Origin: Wolbachia endosymbiont of Dirofilaria (Dirofilaria) immitis
GTDB taxonomy: Bacteria > Pseudomonadota > Alphaproteobacteria > Rickettsiales > Anaplasmataceae
Direction: 5' to 3'
DNA length: 32,000 bases
NCBI RefSeq assembly: GCF_013365455.1
Contig: NZ_CP046578.1
Location: forward strand, 870,001 to 902,000
The notes beneath the pieces are model-generated. The model ran no database searches and was not told the origin of the DNA. It saw only the letters and a list, made by a program, of their open reading frames with translations. Of the stretch, positions 10,272-19,315 are shown piece after piece (within the stretch, counting starts at the first letter, position 1; every line of letters begins with the position of its first letter). The position numbers were made by a program, and so were the translations under genes.

Positions 10272-10688
10272 ATGTTCACTTCTAAAGCTATTGCAGCAGA
10301 TACAACCAGTAATGCATCAAGTATTGGTTCATCTTTTGCTAACCTTACCCCACTAGTTTTAATAGTTGTAGTATTTTATTTCTTTATTATCCGCCCACAC
10401 TATAAAAAATTAAAGGAACTCAGAAAGATGATAGACCAAGTAAAGCGCGGTGACATCGTTGTTACTTCTGGTGGAATAATAGGCGAAGTCAACAAGCTTG
10501 ATGAAGCAAATGCACAGTTTGTAATAGAAATAGCACCAAAGGTTGAAATAAAAGTTTTAAAATCTGCTATATCTGAAGTTCTAAACAAAGAAGTTCAAAA
10601 AACAGTGGTCAAGCCAACCGAGAAAGGCAAAATCGAAAAGGAGGATAAAAAAAATAAAAGTCAGTTAGATAAAAGTAAAAAGTGGTAA
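10272..10688 (+). CDS. yajC: preprotein translocase subunit YajC
   Basis: Single TM (LVLIVVVFYFFIIRP) followed by the YajC core ..KKLKELRKMIDQVKRGDIVVTSGGIIGEV..; Lys/Glu-rich tail. Confidence 0.85.
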   Translation: MFTSKAIAADTTSNASSIGSSFANLTPLVLIVVVFYFFIIRPHYKKLKELRKMIDQVKRGDIVVTSGGIIGEVNKLDEANAQFVIEIAPKVEIKVLKSAISEVLNKEVQKTVVKPTEKGKIEKEDKKNKSQLDKSKKW

Positions 10689-10733
10689 AACAATAATAAA
10701 AGTAAAAATGCTCTATAACTCTAAAACTTGATT

Positions 10734-12554
10734 GTGTGTGGGATATTTGGTGTAGTAAGTAATGGTGGTTCGGTAGTACCAACTTTGCTTACTGGATTAC
10801 GAAGATTGGAATATAGAGGGTACGATTCCTCAGGTATAGCAATTATAAATAACAAAGGTAAGATAGAAGTTAAAAAATCAGAAGGAAGAGTTGAGAGATT
10901 ATGTGATGTTGTTAACAATAGCAAAATATCTAGCAGTACAGTTGGCATAGCGCATACTCGCTGGGCTACACACGGGGTTCCAAGCCTCAAAAATGCTCAT
11001 CCTATCTATATAAATAATGTTGTTGTTGCCCATAACGGCATAATCGAGAATTATAATTTGCTAAAAAAGAGCTTAGAAAAAAGGGGAATAAAGTTTCACA
11101 CTGATACTGATACGGAAATTATACCAAATATGTTAACTATGTACCTTAATGAAGGGCTTTCGCCTATTGATTCTCTATCTAAGTGCCTAAGCAATTTGCA
11201 TGGCCCGTTCGCTTTAGTCTTATTATTTGCAGAATGCCCAGATGCTTTGTTTGTTGCAAAAAGGAATCTACCTTTGATGATAGGATACAATCATAATACT
11301 TTACTTGCTACGTCTGATTTCAATACTTTAGGTACACTAGTAAAAAAAATATCTCACTTAGAAGATGGTGACATTGCAGTGATAAAATCAAGTGGAGCTG
11401 TTATATATAATAACGGCGTACGGGTTGAACGCAACATAGAAAGTAACAGTCCTAACAATTTTTCCATTAGCAAAAATGGTTACCATAGCTTCATGTTAAA
11501 AGAGATTTTTGAACAACCTTGTACATTAAATAAAACAATAAATCAATTTTATAAAAAGTATACAGAGGTGATATCTACTAATAAAAAACTACTTTCTAAG
11601 ATTAACCATATTACTATAGTCGGATGTGGGTCATCTTATTTTGCTGGACTAATAGCAAAATATTGGCTGGAAAGTATTGCCCAAATTCGAGTATATTTGG
11701 AAATTTCATCAGAGTTCAGGTACAGCAATATAAGATTAGAAGAAGGAAGCTTTGGATTATTTATATCTCAATCTGGTGAAACTGCAGATACCGTAGAAGC
11801 TCTACGCTACGGAAAATCACAGAAGCAAATAATCATTAGCATAACTAATACATTGAACAGCAGCATTGAAAAAATTTCGGACATTGTATTACATACTCTT
11901 GCTGGACCAGAAATTGGTGTTGCCTCAACAAAAACCTTTTCTGCACAACTTGCAATTTTAGCATGCTTTGCTTTAGAGCTTGCAAAAATAAAAGGTACAT
12001 TGAGCAAAAAAAGAATAAAGCAGTTAAGCGATGCTATTAATTCCATCCCCGAATATGTTGAATATGTTTTAAATGCGGTAAAGGTACAATCCATATCAGG
12101 CAATATACTAGAGCACAGCAACATTATTCTAATTGGCAGGGGAAGCTCATACGGAGTTGCAATGGAAGGTGCATTAAAAATAAAAGAGCTTTCATACATT
12201 AATACCACTGGTATCGCGGCAGGAGAGATGAAACACGGTTCGATTGCTTTAATAGACTCATCCGTGCTCGTTATAGCAATCATTCCATACGACAATTTAT
12301 TTTTTAAAACATTATCTAACATACAAGAAATCACTGCAAGAAAAGGCAAAGTGATTGCCTTCAGTGACAAGCAAGGAGCGTCATTCTTAAGAGAAGCTTG
12401 TACAGATATAGTACAACTCCCAGGTACTGATAGTTTTATCGCTCCAGTAACCTACAGCATAGCCATGCAATTTCTTGCTTACTCTACTGCAGTAAAAAAA
12501 GGATTAGATGCTGATTATCCAAGAAATTTAGCAAAGTCTATTACTGTCGAATAA
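10734..12554 (+). CDS. glmS: glutamine--fructose-6-phosphate aminotransferase GlmS
   Basis: Starting at the in-frame GTG at 10734 gives the obligatory N-terminus M-CGIFG, with the Ntn catalytic Cys exposed after Met removal. The track ORF starts 2 codons earlier at TTG 10728. Two SIS domains; C-terminus ..NLAKSITVE. Confidence 0.95.
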   Translation: MCGIFGVVSNGGSVVPTLLTGLRRLEYRGYDSSGIAIINNKGKIEVKKSEGRVERLCDVVNNSKISSSTVGIAHTRWATHGVPSLKNAHPIYINNVVVAHNGIIENYNLLKKSLEKRGIKFHTDTDTEIIPNMLTMYLNEGLSPIDSLSKCLSNLHGPFALVLLFAECPDALFVAKRNLPLMIGYNHNTLLATSDFNTLGTLVKKISHLEDGDIAVIKSSGAVIYNNGVRVERNIESNSPNNFSISKNGYHSFMLKEIFEQPCTLNKTINQFYKKYTEVISTNKKLLSKINHITIVGCGSSYFAGLIAKYWLESIAQIRVYLEISSEFRYSNIRLEEGSFGLFISQSGETADTVEALRYGKSQKQIIISITNTLNSSIEKISDIVLHTLAGPEIGVASTKTFSAQLAILACFALELAKIKGTLSKKRIKQLSDAINSIPEYVEYVLNAVKVQSISGNILEHSNIILIGRGSSYGVAMEGALKIKELSYINTTGIAAGEMKHGSIALIDSSVLVIAIIPYDNLFFKTLSNIQEITARKGKVIAFSDKQGASFLREACTDIVQLPGTDSFIAPVTYSIAMQFLAYSTAVKKGLDADYPRNLAKSITVE

Positions 12555-12750
12555 TCTATTCAGCGTTAGTTATAACAACACTTTTATATCCACCAAAAAT
12601 ATTTTACAACAAAGCAAATTTCCCTGAAAATACTTTCAAATAGGTTACAAGACTTCAATAAGTAGAGGATTAATACTGTTTAGATCAGTTAGTGAACTAC
12701 ATTAATTCTAGAGAGTTAATTATTCATAGGAAATTCGCACTGCTATGTAC

Positions 12751-12780
12751 TTGACACTAAACTTCAGTTTTCTCTACAAT
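12751..12780 (+). promoter_or_regulatory. sigma70-type promoter abutting the era start codon
   Basis: TTGACA (12751-12756), 18-nt spacer, TACAAT (12775-12780). Only 7 nt separate the -10 box from the GTG start at 12788, and there is no SD. Confidence 0.5.
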
Positions 12781-12787
12781 CTGCTTC

Positions 12788-13672
12788 GTGAAAGAACAAA
12801 AATGCTTATTTGTTACTATAGCAGGGTTACCAAATGCTGGAAAGTCTACATTAATTAACAGCATTGTAGGGAAAAAGATCGCAATTGTTACTCCAAAAGC
12901 ACAAACAACCAGAACACAAACAAAGGGTATTACAATACGTAATAAAACGCAAATTATCTTTACTGACTCTCCTGGAATCTTTTCAGCAGGAACAAAACTT
13001 GAAAAAGCTATAGTTAGATCTGCATGGTCAGCAATCAAGGGTGACGATATTACTCTGTTGCTCGTTGATATAAGCAATTATCTTAAAAGCATAGAAAGAA
13101 TCAAAATCATATTTGCACGGTTGCAGCATACAAAAATAAGATGCATTTTGGTTATTAACAAAGTTGATCTAGTAAACAAGCCCAAGGTAAAGATGGCCTA
13201 CAGATATTTGAGTTTGCTCTATAGATTTGAAAAGATTTTCATAATATCAGCACTAAAAAGCAATGGACTCCCTGATTTGATAAATTACTTATCTGAAGTT
13301 GCTCCAGTGAGTCCTTGGTTTTATAGAGAAGATCAAATAACTGATTCTTCTACAAGTTTTTTATCAGCAGAAACCACAAGAGAAAAATTATCCCTAAACT
13401 TACGTGAGGAACTACCATATTCTACAGCTGTTATAACTGAACAATTTCAGGAAAAAAAAGACAAAAGTCTAGTCATAAAACAGGTCATATTCGTGCTAAA
13501 AGATAGCCATAAGAAAATAGTGTTAGGGAAGAATGGCAGTTGTATTAAAAAAATCAGCATTGAAGCACGTTCTGAACTAGAGAAATTGTTTGAGCGTAAA
13601 GTCCACCTATTTTTGTTTGTGAAAGTACGATCCTGGACTGATTGCCCTGAGGAGTATATAAATGATGCTTAA
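12788..13672 (+). CDS. era: GTPase Era
   Basis: G1 GLPNAGKST, G3 DSPG, G4 NKVD, and a C-terminal KH domain (..VLGKNGSCIKKIS..). GTG start. Confidence 0.92.
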   Translation: MKEQKCLFVTIAGLPNAGKSTLINSIVGKKIAIVTPKAQTTRTQTKGITIRNKTQIIFTDSPGIFSAGTKLEKAIVRSAWSAIKGDDITLLLVDISNYLKSIERIKIIFARLQHTKIRCILVINKVDLVNKPKVKMAYRYLSLLYRFEKIFIISALKSNGLPDLINYLSEVAPVSPWFYREDQITDSSTSFLSAETTREKLSLNLREELPYSTAVITEQFQEKKDKSLVIKQVIFVLKDSHKKIVLGKNGSCIKKISIEARSELEKLFERKVHLFLFVKVRSWTDCPEEYINDA

Positions 13673-14489
13673 TTCCTTAATGGTGTTTGATGTTGAAACT
13701 ATACCAGACATAAATTCCTGCAAGAATCTACTTAATATCAGTGATAACAGCAGCATGGAAGAGAAAAGAGATGCATTGACAAAGTACCATCTCAAAATAA
13801 CAAACGGACAAAACCCTTTTCTTCGCCAGCCTCTTCATTATATCATAGTTATCAGTTTTTTATCCTGCAGCATAAGCTACAGGAATGGCCACGAGATATT
13901 CACGCTACAAGAAATTAGGTCTGGAGGCACAATAAATTCCAGTGAAAAGGAATTAGTAAAGGGATTTTTCAATTACATGTCAGAGAAAAGACCGAGATTA
14001 GTTTCATTTAACGGGCGTACTTTTGATATGCCAGTGTTAAAATATCGTGCTATGGTCCATGGCATTCAAGCAGAATATTTTTATAAAGCCGGCAATAAGT
14101 GGAACAGCTACAATCAAAAGTATAGTAGTGATTGGCACTGTGATTTACTTGAATCCCTCTCTGACTTTGGAGCTTCCGCAAGAGTAAAAATGAATGAAGT
14201 TTGTGCAGCACTTAATCTCCCTGGTAAAACTGGAGTTGATGGGTCACAAGTTATAGATTTATATGACAGTGGCAAGATACAAGAAATTCGAAATTATTGT
14301 GAAACAGATGTAGTTAATACTTATTTAATTTATCTAAGGTTTATGCACCATCAAGGAAGAATCACCACCGAAGGTTATAACAGAAATATAAAAGAGCTAC
14401 TCTTAGAATGTGAGAAAAAGACACACCTAGAAAAATTCAAAGAAGAATGGGGAACGACCTGCGATGGAAAGTTTTATATTGAATTCTAA
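13662..14489 (+). CDS. DEDDy 3'-5' exonuclease related to the PolB exonuclease domain
   Basis: 275 aa with Exo I FDVETIPD, Exo II FNGRTFDMPVL and Exo III YCETDVVNTY. Its start overlaps the era stop by 11 nt. Confidence 0.75.
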   Translation: MMLNSLMVFDVETIPDINSCKNLLNISDNSSMEEKRDALTKYHLKITNGQNPFLRQPLHYIIVISFLSCSISYRNGHEIFTLQEIRSGGTINSSEKELVKGFFNYMSEKRPRLVSFNGRTFDMPVLKYRAMVHGIQAEYFYKAGNKWNSYNQKYSSDWHCDLLESLSDFGASARVKMNEVCAALNLPGKTGVDGSQVIDLYDSGKIQEIRNYCETDVVNTYLIYLRFMHHQGRITTEGYNRNIKELLLECEKKTHLEKFKEEWGTTCDGKFYIEF

Positions 14490-14643
14490 AGGTAATCAGT
14501 GAATTTAAGTCATATGCCATTTTGCTTAGCTTTACTCTATGTATAAAAATCATAACTACACAAACACTGCGATTTGAGTCTATCAAGGTGGGTATAGTCC
14601 AAAGCACTAACACTTGTTTTTTCACAGCTGGTTTAATAAAAAT

Positions 14644-14664
14644 AGCACACACTGTAAGTGTGCT
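14644..14664 (-). terminator. terminator-like hairpin, possibly a relic of the decayed minus-strand gene upstream
   Basis: AGCACAC-actgtaa-GTGTGCT (7-bp stem). On the minus strand it is followed by ATTTTTATT. Confidence 0.3.
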
Positions 14665-15313
14665 GTTTCAGCGCATGATGCTAGAACTTTATGTCACTTC
14701 ATTGTATATGTCTCCAAGTAATTCCTCTATCTAGGCACTAAGACCCAAAAACTCAATTTCAACTAAGCGGCTGCATAATAAATTAGATTTAAGCATTACG
14801 TGCCGTAATAACAACATCTATTGTAAAAGCAAATGTTCATTCATAATTGTAATTAATTATAAACACTCGAGAAATTTACTAAGTAGAAAAAAAGGCAAAA
14901 GAAATCCTAACTAACATCTATTTGAGTATTGACGTCCTTTAAAAACTTAAACGCTGCAATTAACAACTTCCAAGTTAAAGCAGACCTTACAAATAAGGTA
15001 AGGGAAACCTCAGCAGATAGCTGCCCACTTGCAAACTGACGTTTTGTATTATCTTAAATAATTTATAAATACATTTAAACCTGCATAAGCAAAAAAAACA
15101 GGCTTGATAAAGATATATGGTGCACATAGTGCAAAAAAATTATACATAAGATACCAACTATATAATAATCTCTTCACTAATTCTGCACAGATTAAAAATA
15201 ATTTGAATACCTTCATTATCAGTGGGGGGGAATTTGTCAATTAGCTTTTGTACTTAATCCGTATTTCTATTATCTTATAATTTCTGTATAATTTCAAGTT
15301 CAGTTAGCAGGTT

Positions 15314-16240
15314 ATGAAGATAATAATAGGCAGCGCTAGTAAAGAATTAGGAAAATTAATAGTTAATAAGCTAAATATCCAACCATCCCTTGCTCAGGTA
15401 TCAAGGTTTGCTGATGATGAAATGAGTATATATGTAGAAGATGATATCTATAATCAAGAAGTATACATAATACAGTCAATTTCTTTCCCTGCAAATGACA
15501 ACCTTATGGAGCTTCTGCTCACAATTGATACAGCAAAGAGATTAGGGGCTAAAAGAATAATAACAATTATCCCTTATTATGGATACAGCAGGCAAGATAG
15601 GGTTACGAAAAATAATAATACGCAATCTGCTTTAGGTGCCAAATTAGTCGCAAATCTTATCCAGGTTGCAGGTGCAAGTAGTGTTGCAGTTATCGATTTA
15701 CATTCAAATCAAATCGAAGGTTTTTTTGATATACCAGTAACTAATTTAAGCTGCTTTGAAGTATTTGCTAAATCTATACACACAGAAAATTTAGCAATAG
15801 TTGCACCTGACGTTGGAGCAATCGGTAGAGCACGTGCTTTTGCAAAGACTTTAGAGAAAGAGCACAAGATAAAATTAAGCGATAAGATTATTATAGTAGA
15901 TAAATATAGAGAAAAAGCAGGCACATCTCAGATAATGAATATAGTAGGGAAAGTGACAAGTAAGAATTGCATTATCATTGACGACATAGTTGATTCTGGT
16001 GGAACATTATGTAATGCAGCTTCTGTTTTAAAAAGTCAAGGAGCAAGGTCTGTAATTTCATGCGTAACACATAGTGTGCTTTCAGGAAACGCAGTTGAAA
16101 AAATCTCTTTCTCTTCTCTAGACAAACTAGTAACTACAGATACCATACTTCACAAACTCGAAAAAATCAGCAAAATAGAAATCATTTCAATCGCAAATAT
16201 TTTAACTCGTTTTATCCAAGGAGATAAAGATGCCAATTAA
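15314..16240 (+). CDS. prs: ribose-phosphate pyrophosphokinase
   Basis: 308 aa with YGYSRQDR, VIDLHS and the PRPP-binding loop IIIDDIVDSGGT. Confidence 0.95.
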   Translation: MKIIIGSASKELGKLIVNKLNIQPSLAQVSRFADDEMSIYVEDDIYNQEVYIIQSISFPANDNLMELLLTIDTAKRLGAKRIITIIPYYGYSRQDRVTKNNNTQSALGAKLVANLIQVAGASSVAVIDLHSNQIEGFFDIPVTNLSCFEVFAKSIHTENLAIVAPDVGAIGRARAFAKTLEKEHKIKLSDKIIIVDKYREKAGTSQIMNIVGKVTSKNCIIIDDIVDSGGTLCNAASVLKSQGARSVISCVTHSVLSGNAVEKISFSSLDKLVTTDTILHKLEKISKIEIISIANILTRFIQGDKDAN

Positions 16241-16583
16241 GTCAACAAAAGACGTAATCACTTCACTAATAGAATTTGTAAATAAGAGAAAAGTAACAAT
16301 TACCAAAGAAGAAACGCTTAAAATTGCACAACTTGTAAGAATTAAATTATCAAACGATGAAGCTGAGCACTACTCCAAGGAATTAACAATGTTAGATTGG
16401 ATACATGATACTTTATTGCAAGTTAACACTGAAGGTGTTTCTCCTGTACGTTACGGTGCTATAGATAAGGATATTCACATACATGATGACGTTGTTAATT
16501 CTCAAAGTACTAAAGAAGAAATACTATCCAATACAAAGTCTGAACATGGATATTTTGTAGTGCCAAAGGTTATAAACGATTAA
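16230..16583 (+). CDS. gatC: Asp/Glu-tRNA amidotransferase subunit C
   Basis: Small ORF (117 aa) with the GatC core ..IAQLVRIKLSNDEAEHYSKELTMLDWI..LLQVNTEGVSP... Its start overlaps the prs stop by 11 nt. The N-terminus is longer than in typical GatC, so the true start is uncertain. Confidence 0.8.
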   Translation: MPIKSTKDVITSLIEFVNKRKVTITKEETLKIAQLVRIKLSNDEAEHYSKELTMLDWIHDTLLQVNTEGVSPVRYGAIDKDIHIHDDVVNSQSTKEEILSNTKSEHGYFVVPKVIND

Positions 16584-16720
16584 AATAAGGCTATCTATCA
16601 AGCCTTTTCAGGAAAAATATTCAAAAAATCAATACAGCTTTGAACATAAGCTTATCTACATCTAGAAGTACAATTCAGTCAACAAAAACATAAAGTTATT
16701 TACTATAACCAATGGATTCA

Positions 16721-16748
16721 ATGACTTTACTTGAATATTTGATATAAT
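16721..16748 (+). promoter_or_regulatory. candidate sigma70-type promoter for mtaB
   Basis: ATGACT (4/6 match to TTGACA), 16-nt spacer, perfect TATAAT (16743-16748), 19-31 nt upstream of the candidate starts. Confidence 0.4.
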
Positions 16749-16767
16749 AATAAAATTATAAAGTCTA

Positions 16768-18006
16768 TTGAAGTCTAGTATGAACGAAGTAGTAACGTTT
16801 GGTTGTCGTCTAAATTTTTATGAAAGTGAATTAATCAAAGAAGCATTAAGAAAAGCAAAGAGAGAAAATGTTGTTGTAGTACATAGCTGTGCAGTAACAA
16901 ATGAAGCGGAACGTCAAGTGAAACAAAAAATACGCAAGATCCATAAAAATAATCCAACTAAAGAAATTATTGTAGTTGGCTGCGCCGTTCAATTAGACCC
17001 TGAATCGTATAGCAACATCCCTGGTGTAAGCAAAGTATTAAACAATCAAGATAAGCTAAAAGCTACAAATTACTTGCTAAGTAATGATAAGATATTAGTT
17101 AATGGTAACCAAGCAAGTGCTCTTCTAATTAAGAAATTTAAAGACAAGTCAAGAGCATTTATTAAAATTCAAAATGGCTGCAATCATAACTGTACATTTT
17201 GTTCAATCACTCAAGCAAGAGGAAATAACCGATCCGTGCCAATAAGCAGTATTATTAAGCAAATTAAGATTTTCGTAGCAAATGGTTACCAGGAAGTAGT
17301 GCTTACAGGAGTTGATATTACTGATTTTGGCACAGACCTATTTGGTAAACCTTCACTTGGTTTAATGATCAGAAGAGTTTTAAGAAATATCCCAGAATTA
17401 AAGAGGCTTAGGCTTTCTTCTATTGATATTGCTGAAGTTGACGATGAATTAATGGACTTAATAGTCAATGAACCAAAATTTACACCACATTTGCACTTAA
17501 GTCTACAATCTGGTAATAATTTAATCTTAAAAAGAATGAAACGTCGTCATAGCAGAGAACAAGTTATAGAATTTTGCCATAAGGTAAAAAGCTTAAGGTC
17601 TGATATTGCATTTGGTGCTGATATTATTGCTGGATTTCCAACAGAAACCGATAAAATGTTTCAGGACACAGTGAATCTCTTAAAGGAAGTTAACATAGTT
17701 TACTTACATGCTTTTCCATACTCAAAGCGAAAGAATACACCTGCAGCACGAATGCCACAAGTACCTGAAAATGTACGTAAAGAACGAATAAAGAACTTGA
17801 TAAAAATGAATAAAGAAATGATGAGTAGCTTTTATCAATCTTTGATAGGTACTAATCAAAGTGTTCTAGTTGAACAAAACAATATTGGCAGAGCAGAAAA
17901 TTTTGCACTAGTAAAGCTTTCATCAAAGGTTCAGACCAAAAGCATTGTGAAAGCTAATATTATAGGAATGGAAAGAGATTATTTAATTGGAAGTGTTTTT
18001 TCTTAA
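16768..18006 (+). CDS. mtaB: MiaB-like radical-SAM methylthiotransferase, MtaB type (ms2t6A)
   Basis: N-terminal TFGCRLNFYESE (MtaB-like first Cys cluster) and radical-SAM CNHNCTFC. TTG start at 16768; an alternative ATG lies at 16780. Confidence 0.8.
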   Translation: MKSSMNEVVTFGCRLNFYESELIKEALRKAKRENVVVVHSCAVTNEAERQVKQKIRKIHKNNPTKEIIVVGCAVQLDPESYSNIPGVSKVLNNQDKLKATNYLLSNDKILVNGNQASALLIKKFKDKSRAFIKIQNGCNHNCTFCSITQARGNNRSVPISSIIKQIKIFVANGYQEVVLTGVDITDFGTDLFGKPSLGLMIRRVLRNIPELKRLRLSSIDIAEVDDELMDLIVNEPKFTPHLHLSLQSGNNLILKRMKRRHSREQVIEFCHKVKSLRSDIAFGADIIAGFPTETDKMFQDTVNLLKEVNIVYLHAFPYSKRKNTPAARMPQVPENVRKERIKNLIKMNKEMMSSFYQSLIGTNQSVLVEQNNIGRAENFALVKLSSKVQTKSIVKANIIGMERDYLIGSVFS

Positions 18007-18058
18007 TTCTTTAATAGAAAAGAGATGTATAGTAATGTTATGAGTTGTAAGTTTATTC

Positions 18059-18868
18059 ATGATTAGAAAATCTGTTGTTTTTAATGTATTACTAATTTTA
18101 CATATCAGTTTTCTTTCTGCTCAAGCTAATGAAAGCTATTCAGAAAATGAACATCTCATAGAAAATTTAATACCCATAGAAAAATCTATATGCCATGAAC
18201 CTAAAAAATATAATGAAAAAGATACTCCATTAGTTAAAGACAGAAAACTTGATTTTTATGTCAGCGCTAATAGCGGTAAGATATACTCTGATAATTCAAA
18301 GCCATTTGTAAACGGAATAAAAGCAATTGGAGAGAGAGTTTTCACTTTAGTCAAAAGTCGTTATGACGCTATAATAAAAAATATAGTTACAGACAAAATT
18401 GAAAGCGTAAAAAAATTTAATGGTGAAATTAACTTTCAGTGGTTTCACAGCATATCTTTAGGTTATTATGCTGGAAAAAACGGCCGAGTTGATTTTGAAG
18501 TTGCATACTCTAAAGTTGATATTAAAAATGGTAATCCTTCTCCAGTATTTGATAGATCAGCTAGTATATTTGCATTTTTGTCAAATGTTTATTATAACCC
18601 TAGTATTCAAGGTATACAAACTGCCCCATATATTGGTCTTGGTATAGGGCCAGCAGTTTTCAGGTTAAGAAAGATTAATCGACCACCACAAAATCCAATG
18701 CCACTGAATGTTCCTTGGTTTGCTTATCAAGTGAAACTTGGTATCAATTACTCAATAATTCCAGAAATTAAATCTTTCCTTGGTTACCGCTACTTTAGTA
18801 TTCCAATACCTATTGTAGATGGCATATCAACTCATAGCATTGAGGCTGGTTTGATATTCAATTTCTAG
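18059..18868 (+). CDS. outer membrane beta-barrel protein of the WSP/Msp-type surface antigen family
   Basis: Signal peptide (..ILHISFLSAQA), alternating beta-strand pattern, and C-terminal ..HSIEAGLIFNF with a terminal aromatic residue, typical of Anaplasmataceae surface-antigen barrels. Confidence 0.65.
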   Translation: MIRKSVVFNVLLILHISFLSAQANESYSENEHLIENLIPIEKSICHEPKKYNEKDTPLVKDRKLDFYVSANSGKIYSDNSKPFVNGIKAIGERVFTLVKSRYDAIIKNIVTDKIESVKKFNGEINFQWFHSISLGYYAGKNGRVDFEVAYSKVDIKNGNPSPVFDRSASIFAFLSNVYYNPSIQGIQTAPYIGLGIGPAVFRLRKINRPPQNPMPLNVPWFAYQVKLGINYSIIPEIKSFLGYRYFSIPIPIVDGISTHSIEAGLIFNF

Positions 18869-19174
18869 TAACCGTCTAATATATACACATTTTTTATCTT
18901 TATCTTTTTTAATCTAATAAATTAAACAGCAGCACAATATTTGCTTTTAAAAAGATAACATTTTCAATGCAATATAGCCTTAAAAGCTCATTTATCTTCT
19001 CTACGCTCTACAAGTCCACTGCTTTTAATTTTAACGTAGAGTTCGTTCATCCCTCTAACTTCAAACAATTAGAATATTGCTACTCAATAAAGCATATAGT
19101 ATAGAACCACTCTAATAGATCCTTATAAAAATATTATAAATGAGTACAACTTTGTTTCCATCTGACAGAACTAT

Positions 19175-19199
19175 AAAAAAAAAGCTTTACTAAGCTTTT
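19175..19199 (-). terminator. candidate intrinsic terminator downstream of czcD
   Basis: Minus strand reads AAAAGCTT-agta-AAGCTTTT followed by TTTTT, about 115 nt after the czcD stop. The stem is AT-rich, hence the modest confidence. Confidence 0.35.
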
Positions 19200-19315
19200 A
19201 GTCCAATGTTAACTCGACTATTGATTCTATTTTCAGTATTTAGAAAATACCACTCTTGAGAAACTATGTAAATCTCTTTTGCTCTAAGTTCCATAGCTAG
19301 CACCAACACATTAAA

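Noticed and set aside
11807-12370. 187-aa ORF on the minus strand inside glmS
   Set aside because: It lies entirely antisense to a well-supported, full-length GlmS frame. It has no recognisable motifs and is a typical shadow ORF. The same reasoning applies to 10721-10990 and 11096-11290.
16584-16620. Hairpin AAGGCT-atctatca-AGCCTT after gatC as an intrinsic terminator
   Set aside because: It has only a 6-bp stem with a short, interrupted T stretch. That is too weak to report as a feature.
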